A stretch of DNA of 32,000 nucleotides from Pseudomonas aeruginosa. GTDB lineage: Bacteria > Pseudomonadota > Gammaproteobacteria > Pseudomonadales > Pseudomonadaceae. The position numbers and the translations under genes were made by a program. The stretch covers positions 2,460,001 through 2,492,000 of the forward strand of contig NZ_LN831024.1 in assembly GCF_001457615.1 (NCBI RefSeq), written 5' to 3'. Below are positions 1-9,417 of this stretch, one piece after another. The notes below the pieces were generated by a model, which saw only the letters and a list, made by a program, of their open reading frames with translations, did not search any database and was not told where the DNA came from. Numbering within the stretch: the stretch's first letter is position 1; the number at the start of each line of letters is the position of its first letter.

Positions 1-3000
1 GATTTCGCCCTGGCGGCGCCGGACACCTTCACCTTCGCCCGTGGCTACCTGTCGAGCAACCCCCGTATCGGCCGGCTCGGCCGGGGCTGGTGGCTGCCGG
101 GCGAGAGCATGCACCTGGAACTGAGCGAAGACGCCTGCGTGCTGGTCGACGCCCAGGGCCGCCGGATCGGCTTTCCTGCGCTGGCTCCCGGTGCCCAGCA
201 TTATTCCGGCAGCGAGGAGCTGTGGCTGCGCCGTGGCGGTTCGAGCGGCGGCGAAGCGCAGGCCTGGCGCGGGCGCTGGGCGGCGGTGCCGGCCGAACTG
301 CAGACGCAGGAGGGCTCCGTGCTGGTGCTGTCCGGCCACAGCTACCTGCATTTCCAGCGTTGCCCCGACGGTATCTGGCGCCTGCAGGCCAGCTTCGGCC
401 GCGCCGGCTACCGCACCGAGTTCCGCTGGAGCGGACGTGGCCTGCTCACCGGCGTGCGCGACAGCGCCGGGCGCAGCTATGCGCTGGTCTACCAGCAAGC
501 CTGCGAGCCGAGCGAGGGCGACGACGGCCTGCGTCTGTTCGGCGTGATCCTGGCCAGCCACGACGGACCGCCTCCGGACTACATCGATCCGCAGAGCCCG
601 GGGCTCGACTGGCTGGTGCGCTACCAGTTCAGCGACAGCGGCGATCTGATCGCCGTGCGCGACCGTCTTGGCCAGGTGGTCCGGGTATTCGCCTGGCGCG
701 AGCACATGCTGGTCGCCCACGGCGAACCGGGCGGGCTGGAGGTTCGCTACGAGTGGGATGTCCATGCTCCGCACGGGCGGGTCGTGAAGCAGATCGAGGC
801 GGGCGGCCTGACCCGTACCTTCCGCTACCTGCGCGATGCCACCGAGGTCAGCGACAGCCTCGGCCGCGTCGAACGCTACGAGTTCGCCGGCGAGGGCGGG
901 CAGCGGCGCTGGACCGCGCTGGTCAGGGCCGACGGCAGCCGTAGCGAGTTCGACTACGACCTGTTCGGCCGCCTGGTCGCCATGCGCGATCCGCTGGGAC
1001 GGGAGACGCGGCGCCGGCGCGATGGCCAGGGGCGGATGCTCGAGGAGGAGTCGCCGGGCAAGGCGCGCTATCGCAAGCGCGTCGACGAAGAGACCGGGCT
1101 GCTGGTCGAGCTGGAGGACGCGATGCAGCGCCGCTGGACCTTCGAGCGCGACGAACGGGGCAATGCGACGACGGTGCGCGGCCCGGCCGGCAGCACCCGC
1201 TACGCCTACGAAGACCCGCGCCTGCCCGACCGGCCGACGCGAATCGTCGACCCGCGCGGCGGCGAGCGGCGCCTGGAGTGGAACCGCTTCGGCCTGTTGG
1301 CCGCGTTGACCGATTGTTCCGGCCAGGTCTGGCGTTACGACTACGACAACGAAGGACGTTTGGTCGCCAGCAGCGACCCGCTGGGACAACTGACCCGGCG
1401 CCGCTACGACCCGCTGGGGCAACTGATCGGCCTGGAATTGGCCGACGGCAGCGCCCTGAGCTATGAATACGACGCCCTTGGGCGGCAGACCCGTATCGCC
1501 GATGCCGAGGGGCACGCCACGCTGTTTTCCTGGGGGCACGGCGATCTGCTGGTGCGGGTTTCCGACGCCGGCGGCGGCGAATTGTCCTACCTGCACGACG
1601 AAGCCGGCAGGCTGGTCGCCCTGACCAACGAGAACGGCGTCCAGGCGCAGTTCCGCTACGACCTGCTGGACCGTCTGGTGGAAGAGACCGGCTTCGACGG
1701 TCGTCGCCAACGCTATCGCTACAACGCCGCTGACGAACTGATCGCCCGCGAGGATGCCGACGGTCGCGAGACCACCTATGCCTACGACCGCGACGGCCGC
1801 CTGGCGAGCATCCGGGTTCCCGCCACCGAGCACGCACCGGCCCTGGTCGAGCGTTACCGCTGGTTGGCCGACGGCCGCCTGGCCAGCGCCGGCGGGGCGG
1901 ATTGCGAGGTGCGCTATACGTACGACGAGGTCGGTAACCTGCGCCTGGAAAGCCAGGTACATGCCGACGGTTGGGTCTACAGCGTCGAGCACAGCCACGA
2001 CGCGCTAGGCGTGCGCCAGACCAGCCGCTATGGCGACGCGCCGCCGGTCGCCTGGCTGACCTATGGCCCGGGTCATCTGCACGGCGCGCTGGTCGGTGCG
2101 GTCGAGCTGGCCTTCGAGCGCGATGCCCTGCACCGTGAGGTGCGTCGCGACGCCCGCCGCGACGGGCAGGATGACGCGTTGTTCACCCAGGAGCGCCAGC
2201 ACGCGCCGCTGGGACGCCTGCAGCGCAGCCGCCTGCGTCTGGCCGGCGGTTTCGACTGGCAGCGCGGCTATCGCTACGACGGACTTGGACAACTGGTCGG
2301 CATCGACGACAACCAGTATCCGTCGGTGCGCTACGAATACGACCTCGGCGGTCGCCTGCTGGCCAGCCGGCGCGCTGGCGCGGCGGCCAGCACCTACCGC
2401 TACGACGCCGCCGGCAACCGCCTGGAGGGCGTCGGCGAGTACGCGCGCGAGGACGCTCGCCAGGCATTCGCCGAGAACGAACTGTACCGCTCCGGTTTCA
2501 GTCGCTCCGAGGCGCGCGCGAACCAGGCCGGCGAAGGCCCGGCGCGCTGGGCCGGCAACCGCGTGGAGAGGATCGCCGGCAACCGCTATCGCTTCGATGC
2601 GCTGGGCAACCTGGTCGAGCGTATCGGCGCCGACGGCGAGCGCCTGCGCCTGGCCTACGACGGCGCGCAGCGCCTGGTCCATCTGACGCGCGATTACGCC
2701 GACGGCACGCGGCTGGAGGCGCGCTACCGCTACGACGCGCTGTCGCGACGGATCGCCAAGGTGGTGCTGCGCGACGGTGTCGAGCAGCAGGTGCGCTTCG
2801 GCTGGGACGGCGATCGCCAATGCGCCGAAGCCTTTGCGCGGGAACTGCGCACCACCGTTCACGAACCGGGCGGTTTCGTCCCGTTGCTGCGCCTGGAGCA
2901 GGCCTGCGAGCCCGATCCCCCGGAGCTGCTGCAACTGCGCCAGGCGTTCGCCGCCGAAGGCCAGCCGCTGCCGGCGCAATGCGTGCCGGCGCTGGGCGAG

Positions 3001-3768
3001 GCGCGGATCGCTTTCTTCCACACCGATCACCTCGGTACCCCCCTGCAGCTGAGCGACGAACGTGGCCAACTGCGTTGGCAGGGCGTTCCGGACGACTGGC
3101 GGGCGGTAGCGCCGGAACGACAGCCGGGTGCGCAGCCGATCCGCTTCCAGGGGCAGTACCACGATGAGGAAAGCGGCTTCTACTACAACCGCTACCGTTA
3201 CTACCTGCCGGAAGCCGGGCGCTATGCCAGCCAGGACCCGCTCGGCCTGGGCGGTGGCCCCAACCCCTATGCCTACGCGCTGAACGCGCCCACGCTGGCC
3301 TACGATCCCACCGGCCTGATCATCCCGCTGGTGGTGATCGGCGCCTTCGCCGCCCGCGCCGCGATCGGAGCGGCGCTGGGCGCCGGCATCGAGCTGGGGA
3401 TGCAGACCGGCAAGCAGGTGCTGGGGCAGATGAAGGACAACTGGGACAGCGATCGCGACCTCACCGATATCAAGTGGAAGTGCATCGACATCAACTGGAA
3501 ACACGTCGGCGCCTCGGCGGCCATCGGCACCGTGGCGCCGGGCATGCTCAGCACCGGCAAGACCGTGGTGCAGTCCGCCAAGGCGATCAGGACCCTTTCC
3601 GGACAGGCGGCCAACACCGCCAACCGCGCGGCCAAGCTGGCCGCGCGCAAGGCCGCCCATGCCGATACCATCAAGAAGGCCGTGGCCACCCAGGCCGCCT
3701 GGCAGACGGGCAAGCAGATCGTCAAATGCCCGCTGAAGGACGAAGAAGAGGAGTGTCCGCCGCAATGA
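1..3768 (+). CDS. tse5: Rhs/YD-repeat T6SS effector, Tse5/RhsP1-like, partial (5' end lies before the window)
   Basis: Frame 1 is open from base 1 (DFALAAPDTFTFARGYLSSNPRIGRLGRGWWLPGES...). It has many YDxxGRL-type repeats and a terminal Rhs core motif YHDEESGFYYNRYRYYLPEAGRYASQDPLGLGGG...YDPTGL, followed by a 149-residue C-terminal domain starting IIPLVVIGAF. That length matches my memory of the Tse5 toxin domain. Confidence 0.93.
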   Translation, partial: DFALAAPDTFTFARGYLSSNPRIGRLGRGWWLPGESMHLELSEDACVLVDAQGRRIGFPALAPGAQHYSGSEELWLRRGGSSGGEAQAWRGRWAAVPAELQTQEGSVLVLSGHSYLHFQRCPDGIWRLQASFGRAGYRTEFRWSGRGLLTGVRDSAGRSYALVYQQACEPSEGDDGLRLFGVILASHDGPPPDYIDPQSPGLDWLVRYQFSDSGDLIAVRDRLGQVVRVFAWREHMLVAHGEPGGLEVRYEWDVHAPHGRVVKQIEAGGLTRTFRYLRDATEVSDSLGRVERYEFAGEGGQRRWTALVRADGSRSEFDYDLFGRLVAMRDPLGRETRRRRDGQGRMLEEESPGKARYRKRVDEETGLLVELEDAMQRRWTFERDERGNATTVRGPAGSTRYAYEDPRLPDRPTRIVDPRGGERRLEWNRFGLLAALTDCSGQVWRYDYDNEGRLVASSDPLGQLTRRRYDPLGQLIGLELADGSALSYEYDALGRQTRIADAEGHATLFSWGHGDLLVRVSDAGGGELSYLHDEAGRLVALTNENGVQAQFRYDLLDRLVEETGFDGRRQRYRYNAADELIAREDADGRETTYAYDRDGRLASIRVPATEHAPALVERYRWLADGRLASAGGADCEVRYTYDEVGNLRLESQVHADGWVYSVEHSHDALGVRQTSRYGDAPPVAWLTYGPGHLHGALVGAVELAFERDALHREVRRDARRDGQDDALFTQERQHAPLGRLQRSRLRLAGGFDWQRGYRYDGLGQLVGIDDNQYPSVRYEYDLGGRLLASRRAGAAASTYRYDAAGNRLEGVGEYAREDARQAFAENELYRSGFSRSEARANQAGEGPARWAGNRVERIAGNRYRFDALGNLVERIGADGERLRLAYDGAQRLVHLTRDYADGTRLEARYRYDALSRRIAKVVLRDGVEQQVRFGWDGDRQCAEAFARELRTTVHEPGGFVPLLRLEQACEPDPPELLQLRQAFAAEGQPLPAQCVPALGEARIAFFHTDHLGTPLQLSDERGQLRWQGVPDDWRAVAPERQPGAQPIRFQGQYHDEESGFYYNRYRYYLPEAGRYASQDPLGLGGGPNPYAYALNAPTLAYDPTGLIIPLVVIGAFAARAAIGAALGAGIELGMQTGKQVLGQMKDNWDSDRDLTDIKWKCIDINWKHVGASAAIGTVAPGMLSTGKTVVQSAKAIRTLSGQAANTANRAAKLAARKAAHADTIKKAVATQAAWQTGKQIVKCPLKDEEEECPPQ

Positions 3769-3956
3769 TCAAGCATTACCTGCTGATGACCCTCGTCTGC
3801 ATACCGCTGGCGTTGCTCTACGTCTGCCTGGAATGGTTCTTCGGCAACACCTGGGTGACCGTCGGGGTGTTCTTCGGCGTGCTCGTCGTGCTGCGCCTCG
3901 GGCTCTACCTCTACCGCCGCTCGAAGGGCATCAGGGACGGCTACCTGGACGAGTGA
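3765..3956 (+). CDS. tsi5: Small two-TM membrane protein, cognate immunity protein of the Rhs effector (Tsi5-like)
   Basis: 63 aa, MIKHYLLMTLVCIPLALLYVCLEWFFGNTWVTVGVFFGVLVVLRLGLYLYRR... with two hydrophobic helices. The start overlaps the effector stop (ATGA), the usual effector-immunity layout. Confidence 0.85.
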   Translation: MIKHYLLMTLVCIPLALLYVCLEWFFGNTWVTVGVFFGVLVVLRLGLYLYRRSKGIRDGYLDE

Positions 3957-4118
3957 GGCCGACCCGGCATCGCGGAGCATCGACCCATGCAGGGCCTCTT
4001 CGTCAATGGCTCCGCCAGTCTTCCGCCGCCGATGCTGTCGCGCAGGCGCTGCTGGCGGCGTTCGCCTGGTAACCTGGCGAACTGCCTGTCTTCTTTGCCA
4101 AGGTCCGAGGAGCCGACC

Positions 4119-5081
4119 ATGCACGACCTGCCTACCTACGACGATGTGATCGCCGCCGCCGCGCGGATCGCCGGGCATGCCAACCGCACGCCGGTGATGT
4201 CCTCGCGTACCCTCGACGAAGAACTCGGCGCGGAAGTCTTCTTCAAATGCGAAAACCTGCAGCGCATGGGAGCGTTCAAGTTCCGCGGCGCCTTCAATGC
4301 GCTGTCGCGGTTTTCCGCCGAGCAGCGTGCCGCCGGGGTGGTGGCGTTCTCCTCCGGCAACCACGCCCAGGCCATCGCCCTCTCGGCGCGCTTGCTGGGG
4401 ATCCCGGCGACCATCGTGATGCCGGCCGACGCGCCGGCGGTGAAGATCGAGGCGACCCGTGGCTACGGCGGGCAGGTAGTGCTCTATGACCGCTATACGG
4501 AAGATCGCGAGCAGATCGGCCGCGACCTGGCGCAGCGCCATGGCCTGACCCTGATCCCGCCCTACGATCACCCCGACGTGCTGGCCGGGCAGGGCACCGC
4601 GGCCAAGGAACTGTTCGAAGAAGTCGGTCCGCTGGACGCCTTCTTCGCGCCCCTCGGCGGCGGCGGCTTGCTCTCCGGCTGCGCCCTGGCGATCCGCGCG
4701 CTGGCGCCGGCCTGCCGGATCTACGGGGTGGAGCCGGAGGCCGGCAACGATGGCCAGCGTTCGCTGCGCAGCGGCGCCATCGTGCATATCGATACGCCGC
4801 AGACCCTCGCCGATGGCGCCCAGACCCAGCATTTGGGCAATCTCACCTTCCCGCTGATCCAGCGCAACGTCGATGACATCCTCACCGCCAGCGACGCCGA
4901 ACTGGTGGATGGCATGCGCTTCCTCGCCGCGCGGATGAAGCTGCTGGTCGAGCCCACCGGTTGCCTCGGCCTGGCCGCCGCCCGCCAGCGCAAGGACGAA
5001 TTGCGCGGCAAGCGGGTCGGGATCCTGCTCAGCGGCGGTAACGTCGACCTGGCGCGTTTCTGCGCCTTGCTCGGCGGCTAG
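4119..5081 (+). CDS. PLP-dependent serine/threonine dehydratase
   Basis: Start ATG 4119 (MHDLPTYDDVIAAAARIAGHANRTPVMSSRTL). PLP lysine motif MGAFKFRGAFNAL, SSGNHAQAIA, and the Gly-rich loop PLGGGGLLSGCA are all present. Confidence 0.93.
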   Translation: MHDLPTYDDVIAAAARIAGHANRTPVMSSRTLDEELGAEVFFKCENLQRMGAFKFRGAFNALSRFSAEQRAAGVVAFSSGNHAQAIALSARLLGIPATIVMPADAPAVKIEATRGYGGQVVLYDRYTEDREQIGRDLAQRHGLTLIPPYDHPDVLAGQGTAAKELFEEVGPLDAFFAPLGGGGLLSGCALAIRALAPACRIYGVEPEAGNDGQRSLRSGAIVHIDTPQTLADGAQTQHLGNLTFPLIQRNVDDILTASDAELVDGMRFLAARMKLLVEPTGCLGLAAARQRKDELRGKRVGILLSGGNVDLARFCALLGG

Positions 5082-5088
5082 CCGGCCG

Positions 5089-6330
5089 CTAGAGGCCGAG
5101 TCCTTCGCTGGCTGCCCAGCGCGCCATCAGGCGGTTCGACGGCAGGCTTTCGTCGAGCAGCTTGCGCGCGCTTTCCACCCCCGCGACCGGCAGGCCCTGC
5201 GGGTCGAGCAGGCCGATCTGCACCAGCACGCCGGCCTGGTCCCAATAGATGTGCTCGTGGTAAAGGCGGTCGCCGCGAAAGCGCACCACGCCGAGCATGG
5301 GGATTTCCACGAAGCGCCCGGTGGGTGGGACGCCGGGCAGCAGCCAGTCGATCTCGCAGCTGTGGGTGAAGCGCATGACGAACTCGTCGACCACCTGCAG
5401 CGCCCCCACCGTCCGCGAAATCGGCGTGAGGGTCATGTCCGGCGGGTTGCCGTGGATGAAGTGATGGCGGTAGAAGCGGCTCAGTTCGCGCTGGCCGACG
5501 CCGCCGGTGAGGGTCGGGACATGGTTGACGTAGGGCTCGGCGACCATGGTCGCCATGGTCGCGGCGACGTCGCGGGTATCGAACTCGTGGCGCACATGCT
5601 CGTCCCACAGCGCGGAGAGGTCGAAGTTCGGCCCGATCTCCCGCTTCAGGGCGGCGATGCTGCGTTCGTGAGCCATCAGGTAGGCCGGTTTGTCGAAGTG
5701 CATGCCGCCGACGCGGGCGAAGGCGTGATCGACGCCGGGGTAGAGGTACAACTCGGTCTTGGGCAGGTTGCGCAGGCAGGGCAGGATCGCGTCGCGGGCC
5801 TGCTGCGGGCAGTAGGCGTCCTGTTCGGCGAAATGCAGCACCAGCCGGCCCTTGATCTGTTTCGCCTCGTCGAGCAGCGCCTCGATGCCCATGCCGTAGT
5901 AGCCCACCGAGCAGGAGACGTCGGTGCGCGTCGCGGCGAGGTAGGCCAGCTTGCCGCCCATGCAGAAGCCGACGAAGCCGATCCCGGCGTGGACCACCTC
6001 CTCGCGTTGGCGCAGGTGCTCGATACAGGCGGCGATGTCGTCCACCGCGGCGTCCAGGTCGATGCGCTGGAACAGCTCGATGGCCTTGGCGAAGGCCGCT
6101 TCGTCGTAGCCCAGGTCGACCCCCGGCTGCAGCCGCCAGAACAGGTCGGGGACCAGGGCCACGTAGCCCTCTTCGGCGTACAGGTCGGCCACCGCGCGCA
6201 TGTTCGCGTTGACGCCGAAGATTTCCTGACCGATCACCACGCCCGGCCCCTTGCCGCTGGCGGGGAGCGCGAGATACGCGTCGAACCGGCCGCTGCCGTC
6301 GGACGCGGCGATGCTGACGTACTGTCCCAT
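5089..6330 (-). CDS. Two-domain protein: N-terminal dienelactone hydrolase plus C-terminal SnoaL-like/ester cyclase-like domain
   Basis: Start ATG at 6330 (MGQYVSIAASDGSGRFDAYLALP) with upstream GAGGAA. Contains the nucleophile elbow GFCMGGKLAYLAA and DHAFAR (catalytic His region). C-terminal part MTLTPISRTVGALQVVDEFVMRFTHSCEIDWLLPGVPPTGR is SnoaL-like. Confidence 0.85.
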   Translation of the reverse strand: MGQYVSIAASDGSGRFDAYLALPASGKGPGVVIGQEIFGVNANMRAVADLYAEEGYVALVPDLFWRLQPGVDLGYDEAAFAKAIELFQRIDLDAAVDDIAACIEHLRQREEVVHAGIGFVGFCMGGKLAYLAATRTDVSCSVGYYGMGIEALLDEAKQIKGRLVLHFAEQDAYCPQQARDAILPCLRNLPKTELYLYPGVDHAFARVGGMHFDKPAYLMAHERSIAALKREIGPNFDLSALWDEHVRHEFDTRDVAATMATMVAEPYVNHVPTLTGGVGQRELSRFYRHHFIHGNPPDMTLTPISRTVGALQVVDEFVMRFTHSCEIDWLLPGVPPTGRFVEIPMLGVVRFRGDRLYHEHIYWDQAGVLVQIGLLDPQGLPVAGVESARKLLDESLPSNRLMARWAASEGLGL

Positions 6331-6512
6331 GCCTGGATTCCTCATCGGGTTGTTGTTGGAGTGGGAAAACGGGAAAGCGAAGCGAACCAGCCTAGTAGGA
6401 ACCGGCCGGCGGGTCATTGGCTATCCGCATGCTGGCGGGAGGGTATCCGGATTGTCCGGGAGCGAGGGGCGGGAGGCGGCGCGATCCTCGGCGAGCCGCT
6501 CGCGGATACCGC

Positions 6513-7442
6513 TCAGGCCCGCTGGCGCTGCCAGGGCGGGCCAGCGGCGAACCGCGCTTCCACCCATTGGCGGAACGCGCTGGCCGCCGCCGTGGCGTAG
6601 CGCGCCGAGGGGCGCACCAGGTAGACGCCGGCGTCGGCGTCCAGTTGCCACTCCGGCAGCACCCGTACCAGCCTGCCGGCTTCGAGGTCGCGGCTCATCA
6701 GCCACTCGCCGGCGGCGAAGATGCCCAGGCCCTGGCGTGCGGCGCAGAGCAGGGCCTCGTTGTCGTTGCTAACCATCGAGCCGCGTACCCGCACGGGCTG
6801 CTGTTCGTCCTGGCGGGTCAGCTTCCACTCCGGGTACGAGTGCAGTCCGCTGAAGCCGAGGCAATTGTGTGCCGCCAGGTCGGCCGGGATACGCGGTACC
6901 CCATGCCGCTCCAGGTAGTCGGGAGCGGCGCCGAGGATGCGCCGATGGGCGCACAGCCGCCTGGCCACCAGGCGGCTGTCGGCCAGTTCGCCGACCCGGA
7001 TCGCGAGGTCGAAGCCTTCCGCGATGATGTCGACGAAGCGCTCCGAATAGTCGGTTTCCAGCACCACCTGCGGATGCGCCAGGGCGAACTCCGCCAGCAG
7101 CGGACCGAGCCAGAGCCGGCCCATCGCCGACGGCAGGGCGATGCGCAGGCGTCCGCGCAGTTGCGCGGCGCCCAGGCTGGCTTCGTGCTCGGCCTCGTCG
7201 AGCAGGTCGACGGCCTGGCGGAAGCGGCTCGCCAGGCGCTCGCCTTCATCGGTGAAGCGCAGTTGCCGGGTGGTGCGTTCGACCAGGCGGATGCCGAGGC
7301 GACGCTCCAGTGCGCCGAGCCGCTTCGAGAGCACCGAGGGATGGCGTTGCAGGGCGCGGCCGGCGGCGGCGAACGAACCGTGCTCGGCCAGGGCCAGGAG
7401 CGTGGCGACTTCATCGGCCTGCCGGCTGTCGAACGGTTGCAT
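6513..7442 (-). CDS. LysR-family transcriptional regulator
   Basis: Start M at 7442 (MQPFDSRQADEVATLLALAEHGSFAAAGRALQRHPSVLSKRLGALERRLGIRLVERTTRQLRFTDEG), a typical LysR HTH, followed by a substrate-binding domain. Confidence 0.92.
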   Translation of the reverse strand: MQPFDSRQADEVATLLALAEHGSFAAAGRALQRHPSVLSKRLGALERRLGIRLVERTTRQLRFTDEGERLASRFRQAVDLLDEAEHEASLGAAQLRGRLRIALPSAMGRLWLGPLLAEFALAHPQVVLETDYSERFVDIIAEGFDLAIRVGELADSRLVARRLCAHRRILGAAPDYLERHGVPRIPADLAAHNCLGFSGLHSYPEWKLTRQDEQQPVRVRGSMVSNDNEALLCAARQGLGIFAAGEWLMSRDLEAGRLVRVLPEWQLDADAGVYLVRPSARYATAAASAFRQWVEARFAAGPPWQRQRA

Positions 7443-7464
7443 GCATGCGCCTCTTGCGGGTGGG

Positions 7465-8439
7465 TCAGGGCAAGAGTACCAGCGCGCCTTGCGAGCGTCC
7501 CTCCAGCAGATCGGTATGCGCCACGGCCGCCTCGGCCAGCGGGTAGCGCCGCCAGACCCGGGGCTGGATGACACCGTCTGCATGGGCGCGCAGCACAGCC
7601 TGCGCGCGTAGCCGGTATTCCTCCGGGTTGGCGGTGTGGGCGGCGAGCGAGGGACGGGTGAGGAACAGCGAACCCTTGGCGTTGAGGGTGGCGACTTCGA
7701 CGGCTGGCGGCACGCCGGAGGTAGCGCCGAAGGACACCAGCAGGCCGCGCGGACGCAAGCTGTCCAGGGACGCCTCGAAGGTAGCGCGACCGATGGGGTC
7801 GTAGACCACATCGACCTTGCGCCCGGCGGTCAGCTCGGCGACCTGGGCGGCGAGACTGGCCGCGTCGAACACCAGCACCTCGTCGCAGCCGGCAGCCCTG
7901 GCCCGTTCGACACTTTCCGCCTTCGACACCACGCCGATCACCCAGGCGCCCAGGTGCCGGGCCCAGGCCGCCATCAACTGGCCGACGGCGCCCGCCGCGC
8001 CGTACAGCAGGATGCGTGTGCCGGGCCCGACGGGGTAGGTGGCGTGCAGCAGGTAGTGCGCGGTGATGCCCTTGAACAGCAGCGCCGCCGCGTCCTCGAA
8101 AGCGAGTGTGTCGGGCAGCTTCAGCAAGCGCTCGGCGGGGTAGAGCCGGGCGCTGGCATAGGCGCCCAGCGGGCCGGTGGCATAGGCGACGCGGTCGCCC
8201 GGCGCCAGTCCGGAGACTCCCGGACCCAGCGCGGCGACCACTCCGGCGCCTTCCAGGCCGAGGCCGGACGGCAGCGGAATCGGTACCGCTCCCGAGCGCT
8301 GGCCGAGGTCCAGCGGATTGACGCCGATGGCGGCCTGCTCCAGCCAGACCTCGCCGGGGCCCGGTTGCTGCGCCTGGACTTGCTCCAGGCGCAGGACCTC
8401 GGGGCCTCCGTTTGCGTTGAGGGTGATGCGACAGGGCAT
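7465..8439 (-). CDS. Zinc-independent quinone oxidoreductase (NADPH:quinone reductase-like, MDR family)
   Basis: 324 aa. GPGEVWLEQAAIGVNPLDLGQRSG, GLEGAGVVAALGPGV, and nucleotide-binding YGAAGAVGQLMAAWARHLGA. Confidence 0.93.
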   Translation of the reverse strand: MPCRITLNANGGPEVLRLEQVQAQQPGPGEVWLEQAAIGVNPLDLGQRSGAVPIPLPSGLGLEGAGVVAALGPGVSGLAPGDRVAYATGPLGAYASARLYPAERLLKLPDTLAFEDAAALLFKGITAHYLLHATYPVGPGTRILLYGAAGAVGQLMAAWARHLGAWVIGVVSKAESVERARAAGCDEVLVFDAASLAAQVAELTAGRKVDVVYDPIGRATFEASLDSLRPRGLLVSFGATSGVPPAVEVATLNAKGSLFLTRPSLAAHTANPEEYRLRAQAVLRAHADGVIQPRVWRRYPLAEAAVAHTDLLEGRSQGALVLLP

Positions 8440-8664
8440 GGCGGTCTCCTTGGCTGCGTTCGTCGTTCCGGCAGTCTAATGAAGCATCCGGGGATGACCA
8501 GGTAGGTTCTTTGCAGTTGATTGCTGCACCGCATGCAGTAGTGAGGCGGTGCTCCAAGGTGACCGAAAGTCGTGTTTCCGTATCGACAGGATTCGCCTAG
8601 TGTAAGGCGGCAGCCTGGACGGCCATGGTCCCTGTGGTCGCCGGGATCATTTCGGGAGAGTCCC

Positions 8665-9417
8665 ATGACGGTACCTTTCAAGGATCATTTCTCCACGGGG
8701 TCGGCGAACTACGCCGCACATCGTCCGACCTACCCGGCGCGGTTGGTCGACGAGCTGGCCGCGCTCTGCCCCGGCACCCGCCTGGCCCTGGACTGCGGCT
8801 GCGGCACCGGACAGCTCACGGTGCTGTTGGCCGAGCGTTTCGAACGGGTGGTCGGTACCGACGCCAGCGCCGCGCAGATCGACAAGGCGCAGGCTCGCGA
8901 GCGGGTCGAGTATCGCGTGGCATTGGCCGAGGACAGCGGGCTGGCGGCAGCCAGCGCCGACCTGGTGACGATCGCCCAGGCCGCCCACTGGCTGGACCTG
9001 CCGCGCTTCTACGAGGAGGTCCGGCGTGTGGCCCGCGCGGACGCCATCCTGGCTCTGGTTACCTATGGCGTATTGCATGTCGACGGACCCATGGAACCGC
9101 TGGTCCAGCACTTCTACCACCAGGTCGTCGGCCCCTACTGGCCTGCCGAGCGGTGCCACGTGGAGGAGGGCTACCGCAATCTGCCGTTCCCCTTCGAGGA
9201 GCGTCGCCTGCCGGACCTGGCCATCGAGGTGGCCTGGACCCTGGACGAACTGCTGGGCTATGTCGGTACCTGGTCGGCGGTGAAGGAAGCCGGCAAGGCC
9301 CTTGGCCAGGATCCGGGCGCCGCGTTCGTCGATGAGCTGCGCGAAGCCTGGGGCGACCCGCAGACGCGCTATCGGGTCAGTTGGCCGCTGACGGTGCGCG
9401 CCGGGGTGATCCGCTGA
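8665..9417 (+). CDS. Class I SAM-dependent methyltransferase
   Basis: Start ATG 8665 (MTVPFKDHFSTGSANYAAHRPTYPARLVDEL). Motif I LALDCGCGTGQLTVLLAE, then GTDASAAQID. Confidence 0.92.
   Translation: MTVPFKDHFSTGSANYAAHRPTYPARLVDELAALCPGTRLALDCGCGTGQLTVLLAERFERVVGTDASAAQIDKAQARERVEYRVALAEDSGLAAASADLVTIAQAAHWLDLPRFYEEVRRVARADAILALVTYGVLHVDGPMEPLVQHFYHQVVGPYWPAERCHVEEGYRNLPFPFEERRLPDLAIEVAWTLDELLGYVGTWSAVKEAGKALGQDPGAAFVDELREAWGDPQTRYRVSWPLTVRAGVIR

Noticed and set aside
109-3318. YD-repeat region as possible DNA-level tandem repeat or CRISPR-like array
   Set aside because: The repeats exist at protein level (YDxxGRL) with diverged DNA. There are no identical repeats and no unique spacers.
2005-3765. 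586-aa antisense ORF opposite the Rhs gene
   Set aside because: High-GC codon bias leaves antisense frames open. The composition is Arg/Ala/Gly-rich with no domain, while the sense frame has clear YD repeats.
3300-4832. 510-aa minus-strand ORF across the Rhs end, tsi5 and dehydratase
   Set aside because: It spans several confident sense genes in one antisense frame, with no recognisable domain.
6418-6512. Possible small RNA or promoter hairpin in the short gap between the DLH fusion and LysR genes
   Set aside because: No clear inverted repeat or U-tract could be supported by eye.
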